32,000 nt of DNA, taken from Staphylococcus phage Stab22. The position numbers and the translations under genes were made by a program. The notes below the pieces were generated by a model. The model saw nothing but the letters and a program-made list of their open reading frames with translations. It did not search any database and had not been told where the DNA came from. The stretch is from sequence record LR215721.1, one strand, 5' to 3'. Shown piece after piece: positions 8,551-17,542 of this stretch (its first letter is position 1; every line of letters begins with the position of its first letter).

Positions 8551-9306
8551 ATGTATATTATAGTAAATGATAATCATATACAGTCAGATACATTAGACGA
8601 TTACAGTGGCTTCTTTGATGTATTAAAGGTAGACACTTTTGAGCAAGGACTACTACAGATAGAAGATGAACCTACGATTTTAGCCGGATTTATTTATGAT
8701 GATTACACATACAATAATGTTATTAAGTCCTACCCTGATATTGGAGATTACATTAAGAATAATGATATCTATTATGCAACAGATATCGGAATACTGCCTG
8801 ATACATTTATTACTGTTACCTCAGAGAAAAAACATTATTCACTATTACAACAGATAGAGGAAATAACTAAAGAGGAACTTCCTAATTGGGTAATCGAAGA
8901 TTCAAAAGATTTAACTAGGTATTATAACTTTCAAGATTTTGAAGATGTATTTGATTTAAATAGTTTTTATAAAAAAGAAGTTGACACAGTAAAAGAAAAG
9001 TGCTATACTAATGGTAATGTATATTTATTATATGAAGTTCTGCCGGACTATAAACTACCTTTAGCCTATAGGTTACTTGAAGATAAGGAACATGGTATTG
9101 TTATTATAGGTTCACAGACACGTTCTAATAATGATATACTGACTTTTTATGTTAAAGGTATGGATACTAAGTCAATAGCAAGTATGTTCGAGGTAGAGCA
9201 TGACTATGACTCTAATATATTCCATACATTCATAAATAGTCACATTAACATTTTAGGAAATCAAATAACTAAGTTTATAAAAGAGAAAGGAAGCAGTTAT
9301 GAGTAA
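8551..9306 (+). CDS. Hypothetical protein, 251 aa
   Basis: Long ORF in operon context, overlaps the next start. Confidence 0.85.
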   Translation: MYIIVNDNHIQSDTLDDYSGFFDVLKVDTFEQGLLQIEDEPTILAGFIYDDYTYNNVIKSYPDIGDYIKNNDIYYATDIGILPDTFITVTSEKKHYSLLQQIEEITKEELPNWVIEDSKDLTRYYNFQDFEDVFDLNSFYKKEVDTVKEKCYTNGNVYLLYEVLPDYKLPLAYRLLEDKEHGIVIIGSQTRSNNDILTFYVKGMDTKSIASMFEVEHDYDSNIFHTFINSHINILGNQITKFIKEKGSSYE

Positions 9307-10549
9307 ATATAAAACAATAGAAGAAGTACAAGCAGTTATTATCGGAGTATTATTTAAAGATGAGGGAAAAATTGTAACATCTAAATTTAATAAGATTACA
9401 CGAGAATTTGGGTTAGATAGAATAGGTAAAGATGACCTTAAAGAAATTGTAGAAGATATTAGACAAGATGAATATCTAAACGAACTTAAAAACAAAGCAA
9501 TTAAAGGTAAGGTAACATTAGGAGACCTTAAAGATGTTGCAGACAATCAAGTATTCGAAGGTAATAACTACCATGAAGAAGTATCTTCTTATGTAGTAGC
9601 TAAAGAAAAAGAATTATCTCACTTAAGAGAACAACGTAAACATAACAGACATACCGCATATCCTCAAATTATGTTTGATGAACTTAAAGAACATATGGTT
9701 AAAGAATTACAAGGGGAAACATTAGTAGAGCATCATGGAAGTAAAGCTAACATTAATGGTACAGAATTAATTGTATTATTATCAGATTTCCATATTGGAA
9801 GTATTGTATCTGATATGACTAATGGTAAATATGATTTTGAAGTATTAAAGTCAAGACTAAATCACTTTATTGATACAACAATTAAAGAGATTGAGGACAG
9901 AGATATTTCTAACGTAACTGTTTACTTTGTCGGTGACTTAGTAGAACATATCAACATGAGAGATGTTAACCAAGCATTTGAAACAGAGTTTACTTTAGCA
10001 GAACAAATCTCTAAAGGTACTCGATTACTTATTGATATCCTAAATGTACTTTCTGATGTAGTTACAGGTGAATTAAGATTTGGTATTATCGGCGGTAATC
10101 ATGACCGTATGCAAGGTAATAAGAACCAAAAGATTTACAATGATAATATTGCTTATGTAGTACTAGATTCTTTACTACTATTCCAAGAGCAAGGATTATT
10201 AAATGGTGTAGATATTATTGATAACCGTGAAGATATTTACACTATCAGAGATACCTTCGGTGGTAAATCTATTATCATTAACCATGGTGACGGCTTAAAA
10301 GGTAAAGGTAACCACATTAATAAATTTATCTTAGACAGTCATATTGATTTACTAATTACAGGTCATGTACACCATTTCTCAGTAAAACAAGAAGATTTTA
10401 ATAGAATGCATATTGTAGCTTCATCACCAATGGGTTATAATAACTATGCTAAAGAATTACATCTATCAAAAACTAAACCGTCTCAACAACTGTTATTTGT
10501 AAATAAAGAGAATAAAGATATTGATATTAAAACAGTATTTTTAGATTAA
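9299..10549 (+). CDS. Calcineurin-like metallophosphoesterase
   Basis: SDFHIGSIVSD, YFVGDLVEHIN, GIIGGNHDRM, IINHGDG, ITGHVHHFS. Confidence 0.9.
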   Translation: MSKYKTIEEVQAVIIGVLFKDEGKIVTSKFNKITREFGLDRIGKDDLKEIVEDIRQDEYLNELKNKAIKGKVTLGDLKDVADNQVFEGNNYHEEVSSYVVAKEKELSHLREQRKHNRHTAYPQIMFDELKEHMVKELQGETLVEHHGSKANINGTELIVLLSDFHIGSIVSDMTNGKYDFEVLKSRLNHFIDTTIKEIEDRDISNVTVYFVGDLVEHINMRDVNQAFETEFTLAEQISKGTRLLIDILNVLSDVVTGELRFGIIGGNHDRMQGNKNQKIYNDNIAYVVLDSLLLFQEQGLLNGVDIIDNREDIYTIRDTFGGKSIIINHGDGLKGKGNHINKFILDSHIDLLITGHVHHFSVKQEDFNRMHIVASSPMGYNNYAKELHLSKTKPSQQLLFVNKENKDIDIKTVFLD

Positions 10550-10562
10550 GGATGATTAACAA

Positions 10563-10931
10563 ATGGATACAATATTTATTATAAGTGTAGCATTTATTAC
10601 TTTTGCAACATTTAATATAATTTTTAGATTGTTTGATTTATGGACTACAGAGAAGAAAATGGTAAGTCAAGGACAACCACCACTAAGTAATTTTGAGTAC
10701 TATCATGTGATAGTACCTTACTTAGTAGGAGTAATTGTTATTATACTAAGTATTATTTTTAGAGACTCCTTGTATTCTGCACAATCAGGGTTCGGTGTTA
10801 TTATTACAAGCTTTATTTATATGCTAGTTTATGTTATGATTGGTCTTGTAGGGTCATTTATACTTACAATATTCCAAGCTAGAAAAGCTAGACAGTACCA
10901 AACACAGGAGGATAATAATGAAGTTCAATGA
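10563..10931 (+). CDS. Membrane protein, multiple TM segments
   Basis: Hydrophobic segments IFIISVAFITFATFNIIF, YLVGVIVIILSIIF, FGVIITSFIYMLVYVMIGLVGSFILTIF. Confidence 0.85.
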   Translation: MDTIFIISVAFITFATFNIIFRLFDLWTTEKKMVSQGQPPLSNFEYYHVIVPYLVGVIVIILSIIFRDSLYSAQSGFGVIITSFIYMLVYVMIGLVGSFILTIFQARKARQYQTQEDNNEVQ

Positions 10932-11229
10932 TATTTATGAGCAACTAATTAAAAATGATACAGTACAAAACATTCATGAATCTCAAGATGATAAGGGAAA
11001 TATCTATACCATTCAATTTGACAAAGGTAACGATAAGTATTTATTTAACATTATTAATGATGGTTTCTTGAAAGAAATGACAGGTGGTATGGTAGACCAT
11101 CCTGAAGGTCAGCCATACTCAGTAAGTTTAATTAATAAAGAAACACCTAGTATGTCAGTGAAACAATATTTAACAGATGTAGAAGATATTATACCTACTA
11201 TTAGAAAAATGGAAAAGGATTTCTTATAG
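10918..11229 (+). CDS. Hypothetical protein, 103 aa
   Basis: ORF overlaps the upstream gene end; RBS in AGGAGG. Confidence 0.8.
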   Translation: MKFNDIYEQLIKNDTVQNIHESQDDKGNIYTIQFDKGNDKYLFNIINDGFLKEMTGGMVDHPEGQPYSVSLINKETPSMSVKQYLTDVEDIIPTIRKMEKDFL

Positions 11230-11255
11230 AGTCAAGTCTTTACTTGACTCTTTTT
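11229..11255 (+). terminator. Rho-independent terminator, overlapping the next -35 box
   Basis: GAGTCAAGT(11229-11237)-cttt-ACTTGACTC(11242-11250) TTTTT. Confidence 0.92.
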
Positions 11256-11272
11256 ACTATATATGGTATATT
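11244..11272 (+). promoter_or_regulatory. Promoter TTGACT-17-TATATT, -35 inside terminator 3' arm
   Basis: TTGACT 11244-11249, TATATT 11267-11272. Confidence 0.75.
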
Positions 11273-11292
11273 AATATAGAGGTGACTTAAAA

Positions 11293-11829
11293 ATGGATTT
11301 TAATTTTAGTGCTTTTGATGAGAGTTCATTAGCAATGAGAATTAGTGAGGGCGTATACTATTTCAATGATACTCCTTACTATTTTATTGAGCATGTAGAG
11401 GAAGAACTATCAGAGTATGTTATTGTATATGATATACATGATAGAGAGGAAAAAGAAAATCCTCAGAAGAAATATAGAATAGAGTCTTATCAACGGACAA
11501 TACCAGGAGGAACACCTCTTAGTAACTTAATTAAGAGTATGATGCCTCAACGTAAATACCCTAAGAAGGTTGTAGAAGACCCTATATTTGTGGCTAATAT
11601 TATTCCTCTAGGGGTGGATACAATAACAGGTAAAACTGGTAAAGGGTTCTTTGAGAGAGATAGAGATAGAACTATTTACTCACAGAAAGAACCAACTAAA
11701 GTAGTTCATGGTCAATACACAGGTGTTTTTATAGGTCTAACAAATGTTAAATGGAATAGAACTTACACTCCTTTAGAAAGTGTTGTAGAATACTGTAAGA
11801 GAGTAAAAGGAGATAGATTGAATGTCTAA
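11293..11829 (+). CDS. Hypothetical protein, 178 aa
   Basis: ORF downstream of promoter, GAGGTGA RBS. Confidence 0.85.
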   Translation: MDFNFSAFDESSLAMRISEGVYYFNDTPYYFIEHVEEELSEYVIVYDIHDREEKENPQKKYRIESYQRTIPGGTPLSNLIKSMMPQRKYPKKVVEDPIFVANIIPLGVDTITGKTGKGFFERDRDRTIYSQKEPTKVVHGQYTGVFIGLTNVKWNRTYTPLESVVEYCKRVKGDRLNV

Positions 11830-12589
11830 TGATGTAGTTAAGTTCTATGAAAAAGATATTAAAGACCTTATAAGAACTAAAAAACACATGTTTAAAGATG
11901 ACGAAATAACTAGTGATATAAATGATATACGTATCTTTAATGAGAAAGTAATCTGTCAAGGTAAGTGTAGGACAGATTGCTTAGTGTTAGACCGTAATGG
12001 TACTGTCATGGGTATAGAAATAAAGACTGAGAGAGATTCTACTCAAAGGTTAAACAACCAATTAAAGTATTACAGCTTAGTATGTAAGTACGTATATGTA
12101 ATGTGTCATGATAAGCATGTACCTAAAGTAGAGCAAATACTAAAGAGATATAAGCATACTCATGTAGGTATTATGAGCTATATCAGTTTTAAAGGTAAAC
12201 CTGTTGTAGGTAAATATAAAGATGCTACACCATCACCACATAGAAGTCCTTATCATACGATGAATATATTATGGAAGACTAACCTTATGACAATACTTAG
12301 ATTGATTAGAGACCCTCATACGTATAGAACAGGGTATAGTTATAATGCTAGCGGTAGATATAGTGGCGGTGAAGGTAACTTCTCCCAAACAACACAGAGT
12401 AAAAGAATGAAGAAACCTGCTATTATTAATCAGATAATACACTATGTAGGGGTAGATAATACTTATAAACTCTTTACAAGAGGTGTTATTTATGGTTATA
12501 ATAATAGGTGGGAGGTAATAGAAGAGGATTTCTTTAATACTATGAAGAATGGGGTAAGAGTAATCAATGAACAAAGACAAACCAAATAG
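11822..12589 (+). CDS. Putative PD-(D/E)XK-like nuclease-fold protein
   Basis: KCRTDCLVLDRNGTVMGIEIKTERDSTQRLNNQLKYYSLVCKYVYVMCHDKHV: a D...EIK core followed by a conserved-looking Q..Y segment. Confidence 0.6.
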   Translation: MSNDVVKFYEKDIKDLIRTKKHMFKDDEITSDINDIRIFNEKVICQGKCRTDCLVLDRNGTVMGIEIKTERDSTQRLNNQLKYYSLVCKYVYVMCHDKHVPKVEQILKRYKHTHVGIMSYISFKGKPVVGKYKDATPSPHRSPYHTMNILWKTNLMTILRLIRDPHTYRTGYSYNASGRYSGGEGNFSQTTQSKRMKKPAIINQIIHYVGVDNTYKLFTRGVIYGYNNRWEVIEEDFFNTMKNGVRVINEQRQTK

Positions 12590-13013
12590 ACGTAAAGAGA
12601 TACAGCATCAACCTGTTAACTTTGCCCCTACAAATACTTTAACAGGAGCTAATAATAGTTTCTTAACTAAAAAGCCTGCAGAACCTAAAGATACAACATC
12701 TGTTATTGAATACAGAATTCTTTTTATTAAGAGGTTCGATAATGTTACTAACACTGATGTTAAACTACAGAAAAAATATGCATTAAATCTTATTAGTGAA
12801 GCACTTGATGTTAAAGAAACTTATCTATCTCTCAAGCAAAAAGGTAAGAAAGTAGAATCTATACTTCATACAGACCGAGTATATTATGTTCATAGAGGTA
12901 AGAAACTAATTGGTAAGTGTAGTATCAGAGAGCAAAGAACTTTTAGAGGTAAACACTTAATATTTATATTTAAGACAAGACATAGAGTTAAAGCAGAAAG
13001 GAAAGATAAATAA
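12567..13013 (+). CDS. Hypothetical basic protein, 148 aa
   Basis: ORF overlaps its neighbours. Confidence 0.75.
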   Translation: MNKDKPNRRKEIQHQPVNFAPTNTLTGANNSFLTKKPAEPKDTTSVIEYRILFIKRFDNVTNTDVKLQKKYALNLISEALDVKETYLSLKQKGKKVESILHTDRVYYVHRGKKLIGKCSIREQRTFRGKHLIFIFKTRHRVKAERKDK

Positions 13014-13876
13014 TGTTAAAAGGATTTTCAGAACATGTAGAGAAACCTACAACGATTAAGACCTTATATAAGACACTAACAAGCGGTAAAGTAGAATTAC
13101 TAGGTGTATCTTACGATAGTGACTATTTCCCTTCAGGTGTTACAGTACAATCCTATATTGAAGATATAGGTAATTTAGATGAAGGTCTTCAGTTTGTTAA
13201 TAAAGTAAACGTAGTGGAATCAATGAAACAAGCTGTAGTAGGAATGAATAATCAGTTAGGTTCTTCAGGTCTTGGGTATGTTAGAACTGAACAACTTAAA
13301 AAAGAACTAGAAGAAACGGGATTAATGACAGATTTACTTTCTAGAGGTACTAACTTAACTTCTACTAAGAAAGTAGATATTGTAAGTACATTCATAGAAC
13401 CTACTGTAACTTACCAAGATATTACAATAGCTAAAGATATTAAATTACGTTTATATAAATTAGAAGAAGAATCACCATTAAATGGTTATACTCATATTGT
13501 ATATCTCCTTACTACAGAAAAATTATATGATGGTCAAACACTATTTGGTATGTTATCTAAGAAAGATAAGTTATCTAAGGGTGATACAGAGAAGTTATTG
13601 GCATTCTTCAGAAATAATAGTTTAATAAGTAAAACTGTATTTTGTGTTAAACTACTAAGTAAAGACTATCACTTCAATTTATATAATACACATGAGACAG
13701 GTATATTCTTTTTAGAAGATACAGATATTATTACTATTGCTTGTGGTCAATCATATGTTAAAGTTAATACTAAAGACATTAAATCTAGTCATGTTAAAAT
13801 TGAAGATAAGACTCAAAAACTAACTGAGATAGTAATTAACTTAAAAGGTGAAGATACATTAACTATTTTATTATAA
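13013..13876 (+). CDS. Hypothetical protein, 287 aa
   Basis: Long ORF overlapping the previous stop by 1 nt. Confidence 0.85.
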   Translation: MLKGFSEHVEKPTTIKTLYKTLTSGKVELLGVSYDSDYFPSGVTVQSYIEDIGNLDEGLQFVNKVNVVESMKQAVVGMNNQLGSSGLGYVRTEQLKKELEETGLMTDLLSRGTNLTSTKKVDIVSTFIEPTVTYQDITIAKDIKLRLYKLEEESPLNGYTHIVYLLTTEKLYDGQTLFGMLSKKDKLSKGDTEKLLAFFRNNSLISKTVFCVKLLSKDYHFNLYNTHETGIFFLEDTDIITIACGQSYVKVNTKDIKSSHVKIEDKTQKLTEIVINLKGEDTLTILL

Positions 13877-13924
13877 ATATGTAGTAATTAGGTATAAATA
13901 TACGATATATAAGAGGTTTTCATA

Positions 13925-13993
13925 ATGTTTTTAATACAGAAACTAGTTAGGTTTTTTCTACTTACTCTAGTTTCTGTGAAATTATATTTATGA
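13925..13993 (+). CDS. Possible hydrophobic micro-ORF (MFLIQKLVRFFLLTLVSVKLYL, 22 aa)
   Basis: AAGAGG about 8 nt upstream of ATG 13925; the coding sequence also carries an 11-bp inverted repeat. Confidence 0.3.
   Translation: MFLIQKLVRFFLLTLVSVKLYL
13936..13977 (+). repeat. Perfect 11-bp inverted repeat
   Basis: ACAGAAACTAG (13936-13946) and CTAGTTTCTGT (13967-13977), 20-nt loop. Confidence 0.8.
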
Positions 13994-14178
13994 AAAGTTA
14001 AAATATCTTTTAGGTAAAGGCTTTGTAAATGGTTAAAAAATATATTAAAATTTTATACAAAGTAGTTAATAAAATTATATTACATTTATATATTATGAAA
14101 TAATAACAGAAATTGTGATATATTATATAGTGTAACCTTGAAACAGTTGATGTGGTAAGGTTTGTTTATGTTCACTAT

Positions 14179-14198
14179 ACTGGTTTCAGAAAACCAGT
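14179..14198 (+). promoter_or_regulatory. 5'-leader hairpin without T-tract
   Basis: ACTGGTTT(14179-14186)-caga-AAACCAGT(14191-14198), 37 nt before ATG 14235. Confidence 0.6.
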
Positions 14199-14234
14199 TA
14201 CCATAAATAAATGACAGTTAAGGAGAGCTATATA

Positions 14235-14966
14235 ATGGCTAGAAAAAAGAATTTAAGAAATAAAAACAGTGATATAAAAGTCGTTCCTGATAAAGAAAAA
14301 GAGAGTATATTATCTAAACTCTATCATAATAAATTACTACGCTCAAAGGTAGATAATGCATTAGATGAAGATATGAGCTATGATGATATTATAGAACTAT
14401 GTAAAGAATATGATTTAGAATTGTCTAAATCAGCTATTACAAGATATAAAAGTAAAAGAAAAGAAGCTATTGAAAATGGTTGGGATTTAGGAGAATTAAT
14501 TGATAAACGTAAAAAAACAAGTGTAAAAGATATTAAGGAAAAAGAAACTCCTATATTAGAAGAGGAGCAACTTTCTCCATTTGAGCAATCAAAACATCAC
14601 ACACAGACAATTTACGATGATATTCAAGTACTAGATATGATTATTTCTAAAGGTGCAAAAGGGTTAGAATTTGTGGAAACTTTAGACCCTGCTTTAATGA
14701 TACGTGCAATGGAAACAAAAGATAAGATTACCGGAAACCAATTAAAAGGTATGTCATTTATTGGACTTAGAGAGTTACAGTTAAAACAAACAGCTCAAGA
14801 TACAGCTATGAGTGAAGTATTATTAGAATTTATACCTGAAGAGAAACACGAAGAGGTATTACAACGATTAGAAGAACTACAAAATGAATTCTACAAAAAC
14901 CTAGATTTAGATGAGGAAAGTAGAAAATTAAAAGAAGCTCTTGATAGAGTAGGCTATACAATTTAG
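14235..14966 (+). CDS. HTH-containing protein; possible terminase small subunit-like
   Basis: The track starts at 14211, but ATG 14235 has AAGGAG (14220-14225) with 9-nt spacing. N-terminal SYDDIIELCKEYDLELSKSAITRYKSKRKEAIENG looks HTH-like. Terminase role is speculative. Confidence 0.5.
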   Translation: MARKKNLRNKNSDIKVVPDKEKESILSKLYHNKLLRSKVDNALDEDMSYDDIIELCKEYDLELSKSAITRYKSKRKEAIENGWDLGELIDKRKKTSVKDIKEKETPILEEEQLSPFEQSKHHTQTIYDDIQVLDMIISKGAKGLEFVETLDPALMIRAMETKDKITGNQLKGMSFIGLRELQLKQTAQDTAMSEVLLEFIPEEKHEEVLQRLEELQNEFYKNLDLDEESRKLKEALDRVGYTI

Positions 14967-14983
14967 ATAGTGAGGTTAGAGTA

Positions 14984-15442
14984 ATGGCAGATGAGATTAG
15001 TTTAAATCCAATACAAGATGCTAAGCCAATTGATGATATAGTAGAGATTATGACATATTTAAAAGACGGAAGAGTACTGAGAGTTAAGCAAGACAACCAA
15101 GGGGATATCCTTGTTAGAATGAGCCCAGGGAAACATAAGTTTACTGAAGTATCTAGAGACCTAGATAAAGAGTCATTCTACTATAAAAGGCATTGGGTTC
15201 TATATAATGTATCTGTTAACTCTCTTATAACATTTGATGTTTACTTAGATGAAGAATACTCAGAAACAACTAAGGTTAAGTATCCTAAAGATACTATTGT
15301 AGAATATACAAGAGAAGACCAAGAAAAAGATGTTGCTATGATTAAAGAAATACTTACAGATAACAATGGTAATTATTTCTATGCACTTACGGGAGAAACA
15401 ATGCTCTTTGATGAAAATAAATTAAATAAAATTAAAGATTAA
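14984..15442 (+). CDS. Hypothetical protein, 152 aa
   Basis: ORF in operon context. Confidence 0.8.
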   Translation: MADEISLNPIQDAKPIDDIVEIMTYLKDGRVLRVKQDNQGDILVRMSPGKHKFTEVSRDLDKESFYYKRHWVLYNVSVNSLITFDVYLDEEYSETTKVKYPKDTIVEYTREDQEKDVAMIKEILTDNNGNYFYALTGETMLFDENKLNKIKD

Positions 15443-15444
15443 GG

Positions 15445-15473
15445 TTGACAGTTCTTAAAGTATATGATATAGT
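15445..15473 (+). promoter_or_regulatory. Promoter TTGACA-17-TATAGT
   Basis: TTGACA 15445-15450, TATAGT 15468-15473. Confidence 0.85.
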
Positions 15474-15506
15474 ATATGTATACTAAAAATAAAGGAGCTA
15501 ACAATT

Positions 15507-15950
15507 ATGTTTATTTCATTAAATCAAGAAGAGAAAGCATTATTAACTAAAGAGGAAAGCAAGTACACACCACTAGAAACATCAAGAGAGTTTAACACAC
15601 CTAAGGAAGAATTCATTGTAACAAGTTATAATGAGGGTAAACCTTTAGATTACATTGCAAAAGAAGCTAAAGTAAGTATGGGATTAATTTACACAGTCTT
15701 AAACTACTATAAAGTAGGTAAACGTAACAAGAAATCACCAGTAGAAGAAAAAATTGCACATATCTTAAAGGATAAAGACTTAGTTAAAGAGATTATCAAA
15801 GATTACCAGTATATGAATTTACAGGACATTTATAGTAAGTATAATCTCCATAAGAATGGTTTATATTACATCTTAGATTTATACCATGTAGAAAGAAAAT
15901 CTGAACTTAAGGACAAAGCATTAGAAGAAGATAGTATTGTCGTTGAGTAA
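15507..15950 (+). CDS. Putative DNA-binding protein with two HTH-like repeats
   Basis: IVTSYNEGKPLDYIAKEAKVSMGLIYTVLNYYKVGKRN and IIKDYQYMNLQDIYSKYNLHKNGLYYILDLYHVERKSE. Confidence 0.65.
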   Translation: MFISLNQEEKALLTKEESKYTPLETSREFNTPKEEFIVTSYNEGKPLDYIAKEAKVSMGLIYTVLNYYKVGKRNKKSPVEEKIAHILKDKDLVKEIIKDYQYMNLQDIYSKYNLHKNGLYYILDLYHVERKSELKDKALEEDSIVVE

Positions 15951-15966
15951 GTAAAGAGGTTATAAT

Positions 15967-16689
15967 ATGAGAAATAAAAAATCATTTCAAGAACAGTTAA
16001 ATGACATGCGTAATAAAGAGAAATGGGTATCTGAAGAGGAGTTCACTGAAGAAGTGACTCCTTCTGAAGAACCTGAAGTAGAAGTAGAAGTAGAAGAAGA
16101 AACAGAAGAGAAGCTATATACACTAGATGAACTAAAAGAAAATTTATTAGATGCTCAAGGATTAAAAGATGTTGTAGATAATTTTCCTGCATCTAAACCA
16201 ATATATGAGACTAATAAGCTTTATATCTGTACAATACCAAAAGGCTATTCTAGTGAAGTACAGGCAGGACAATATATCGGAGTTAGTATTGGTCTTCTAT
16301 CAGAATCAGAAGAATTTGACCATTTAAGAGGTAAAATGCCTAGAAATCTTTATGAAACTTCTCATGTTTTAAAACCTTTAGTGAAGGTCAGTAATACAAA
16401 TGTTGATTATCAACAACACGAGCTACTCGAAGACATTAAAGAAGACAAAAATGTACAAGATGTAGAGATAGAAGATTTAAGATTGGTAACAGGGGAAGAA
16501 GTTTCCTATTTAGAAATTGTTGATAATAAGTTTTTTGAAAGTCGTATTAATGAAGTACTTGATTTTTACCATGAACTAACGGATTCCGATAATTTAATTA
16601 AGTATTATAGCAAATTACGAGAGTTAGTTGGAAATGATAGAATGATTTATTGTCCGCTTTTAAATAAATGTGTTAAAATTATAGAATAG
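15967..16689 (+). CDS. Hypothetical protein with E/V-rich N-terminal stretch, 240 aa
   Basis: Long ORF; EEPEVEVEVEEETEEK low-complexity segment. Confidence 0.8.
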   Translation: MRNKKSFQEQLNDMRNKEKWVSEEEFTEEVTPSEEPEVEVEVEEETEEKLYTLDELKENLLDAQGLKDVVDNFPASKPIYETNKLYICTIPKGYSSEVQAGQYIGVSIGLLSESEEFDHLRGKMPRNLYETSHVLKPLVKVSNTNVDYQQHELLEDIKEDKNVQDVEIEDLRLVTGEEVSYLEIVDNKFFESRINEVLDFYHELTDSDNLIKYYSKLRELVGNDRMIYCPLLNKCVKIIE

Positions 16690-16695
16690 TAACTG

Positions 16696-16733
16696 GTCTC
16701 CTCTTATATTAGAACTGTAAGAGGAGACATTTT
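16696..16733 (+). terminator. Rho-independent terminator
   Basis: GTCTCCTCTTA(16696-16706)...TAAGAGGAGAC(16718-16728) followed by ATTTTT. Confidence 0.85.
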
Positions 16734-16749
16734 TGTAGAGGTGTTAATT

Positions 16750-17148
16750 ATGTCAAAAAAAGCAAGTGTATTTTATGTAATAGTTGTTATTGTTTTGGCT
16801 TTTTCAATCTCATCTTACTATATATCTTCTTTCATGTATCACGACAAAGCAAAAAGTCAAGTTGCTACTGAATTAACAAATACAGGGGAAATTAAAGAAG
16901 AAAAGAATGTAGAGTTTGTCGGAGATTATACATTAAAAGAGGTTAAGGATAATAAGGCTTATTTTATGGAAACATTACCTACTTACCTCCCAGGCAGAAC
17001 AGGAGATAACAGCATAGATATGAGGTACTACAAAACAAGTAGATTTAAAGAAGGGGTAAATTTCAAGCTTATTAGGGTATATACTGAAGATGGGGAAGAT
17101 AATCCAATTCATAAGTATAGGTTTGAGGCAGTACCAACCGAAAAGTAA
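16750..17148 (+). CDS. Membrane-anchored small protein (single N-terminal TM)
   Basis: Track start is GTG 16741, but the SD-like AGAGGTG overlaps that codon, so ATG 16750 (MSKKASVFYVIVVIVLAFSISSYYISSF) fits better. Confidence 0.7.
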   Translation: MSKKASVFYVIVVIVLAFSISSYYISSFMYHDKAKSQVATELTNTGEIKEEKNVEFVGDYTLKEVKDNKAYFMETLPTYLPGRTGDNSIDMRYYKTSRFKEGVNFKLIRVYTEDGEDNPIHKYRFEAVPTEK

Positions 17149-17165
17149 TAAGGGGGTGACTAAAA

Positions 17166-17228
17166 ATGACAGTACTTATTGTTGTCATCTTTATTGCTAT
17201 CATTTATTACTTATGGAACAGTGATTGA
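17166..17228 (+). CDS. Tiny predicted membrane peptide MTVLIVVIFIAIIYYLWNSD (20 aa)
   Basis: AGGGGGTGA RBS-like sequence upstream; absent from the ORF track. Confidence 0.5.
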   Translation: MTVLIVVIFIAIIYYLWNSD

Positions 17229-17254
17229 GTCAAGTTAATTCTTGACTCTCTTTT
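17227..17254 (+). terminator. Terminator overlapping the next -35 box
   Basis: GAGTCAAG(17227-17234)-ttaatt-CTTGACTC(17241-17248) TCTTTTT. Confidence 0.88.
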
Positions 17255-17270
17255 TGTTTTATGGTATATT
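17242..17270 (+). promoter_or_regulatory. Promoter TTGACT-17-TATATT, -35 inside terminator 3' arm
   Basis: TTGACT 17242-17247, TATATT 17265-17270. Confidence 0.75.
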
Positions 17271-17295
17271 AATATATAGGAAGGAGAGATTAACT

Positions 17296-17538
17296 ATGGA
17301 AATGGCAGATTTAGAAAGATTTGATGCATTTGTAAGACTAATTTCAGATGATGAGCTTTCGGAGGAAAGAATACTAGAGTTAAGCGTAGATTTACTAAAT
17401 CCGATACTAGAAGGAGGTACAGCTTACAAAGCTAAAAAACGTATTCAAAGTAAATTTGGTAAGTTAGAAGCAAAAAACTTCAAAAGAAATTATAAGTTCT
17501 TACTTAAGTCGATAGCTCAAATAGACCAAAGGAGATAG
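17296..17538 (+). CDS. Hypothetical protein (start corrected from 17242)
   Basis: The track start at 17242 lies in the promoter -35. ATG 17296 (MEMADLERFDAFVRLISDDELS) has AGGAAGGAGAG upstream. Confidence 0.75.
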   Translation: MEMADLERFDAFVRLISDDELSEERILELSVDLLNPILEGGTAYKAKKRIQSKFGKLEAKNFKRNYKFLLKSIAQIDQRR

Positions 17539-17542
17539 GACA

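Noticed and set aside
14147-14181. TTGATG ... TATACT promoter candidate before the 14235 gene
   Set aside because: The spacer is about 23 nt, incompatible with sigma-A, unlike the other 17-nt promoters.
9253-15096. Minus-strand ORFs 9253-9546, 11747-11959, 12269-12580, 14830-15096
   Set aside because: Antisense to real genes, with no independent evidence.
16090-16120. GAAGTAGAAGTAGAAGTAGAA repeat as a functional DNA repeat
   Set aside because: It is in frame and encodes an E/V low-complexity stretch; most simply a coding repeat.
17242-17295. Upstream part of the track ORF starting at 17242
   Set aside because: The TTG start is the -35 box of the promoter, so this part is upstream of the predicted TSS and cannot be translated from that transcript.
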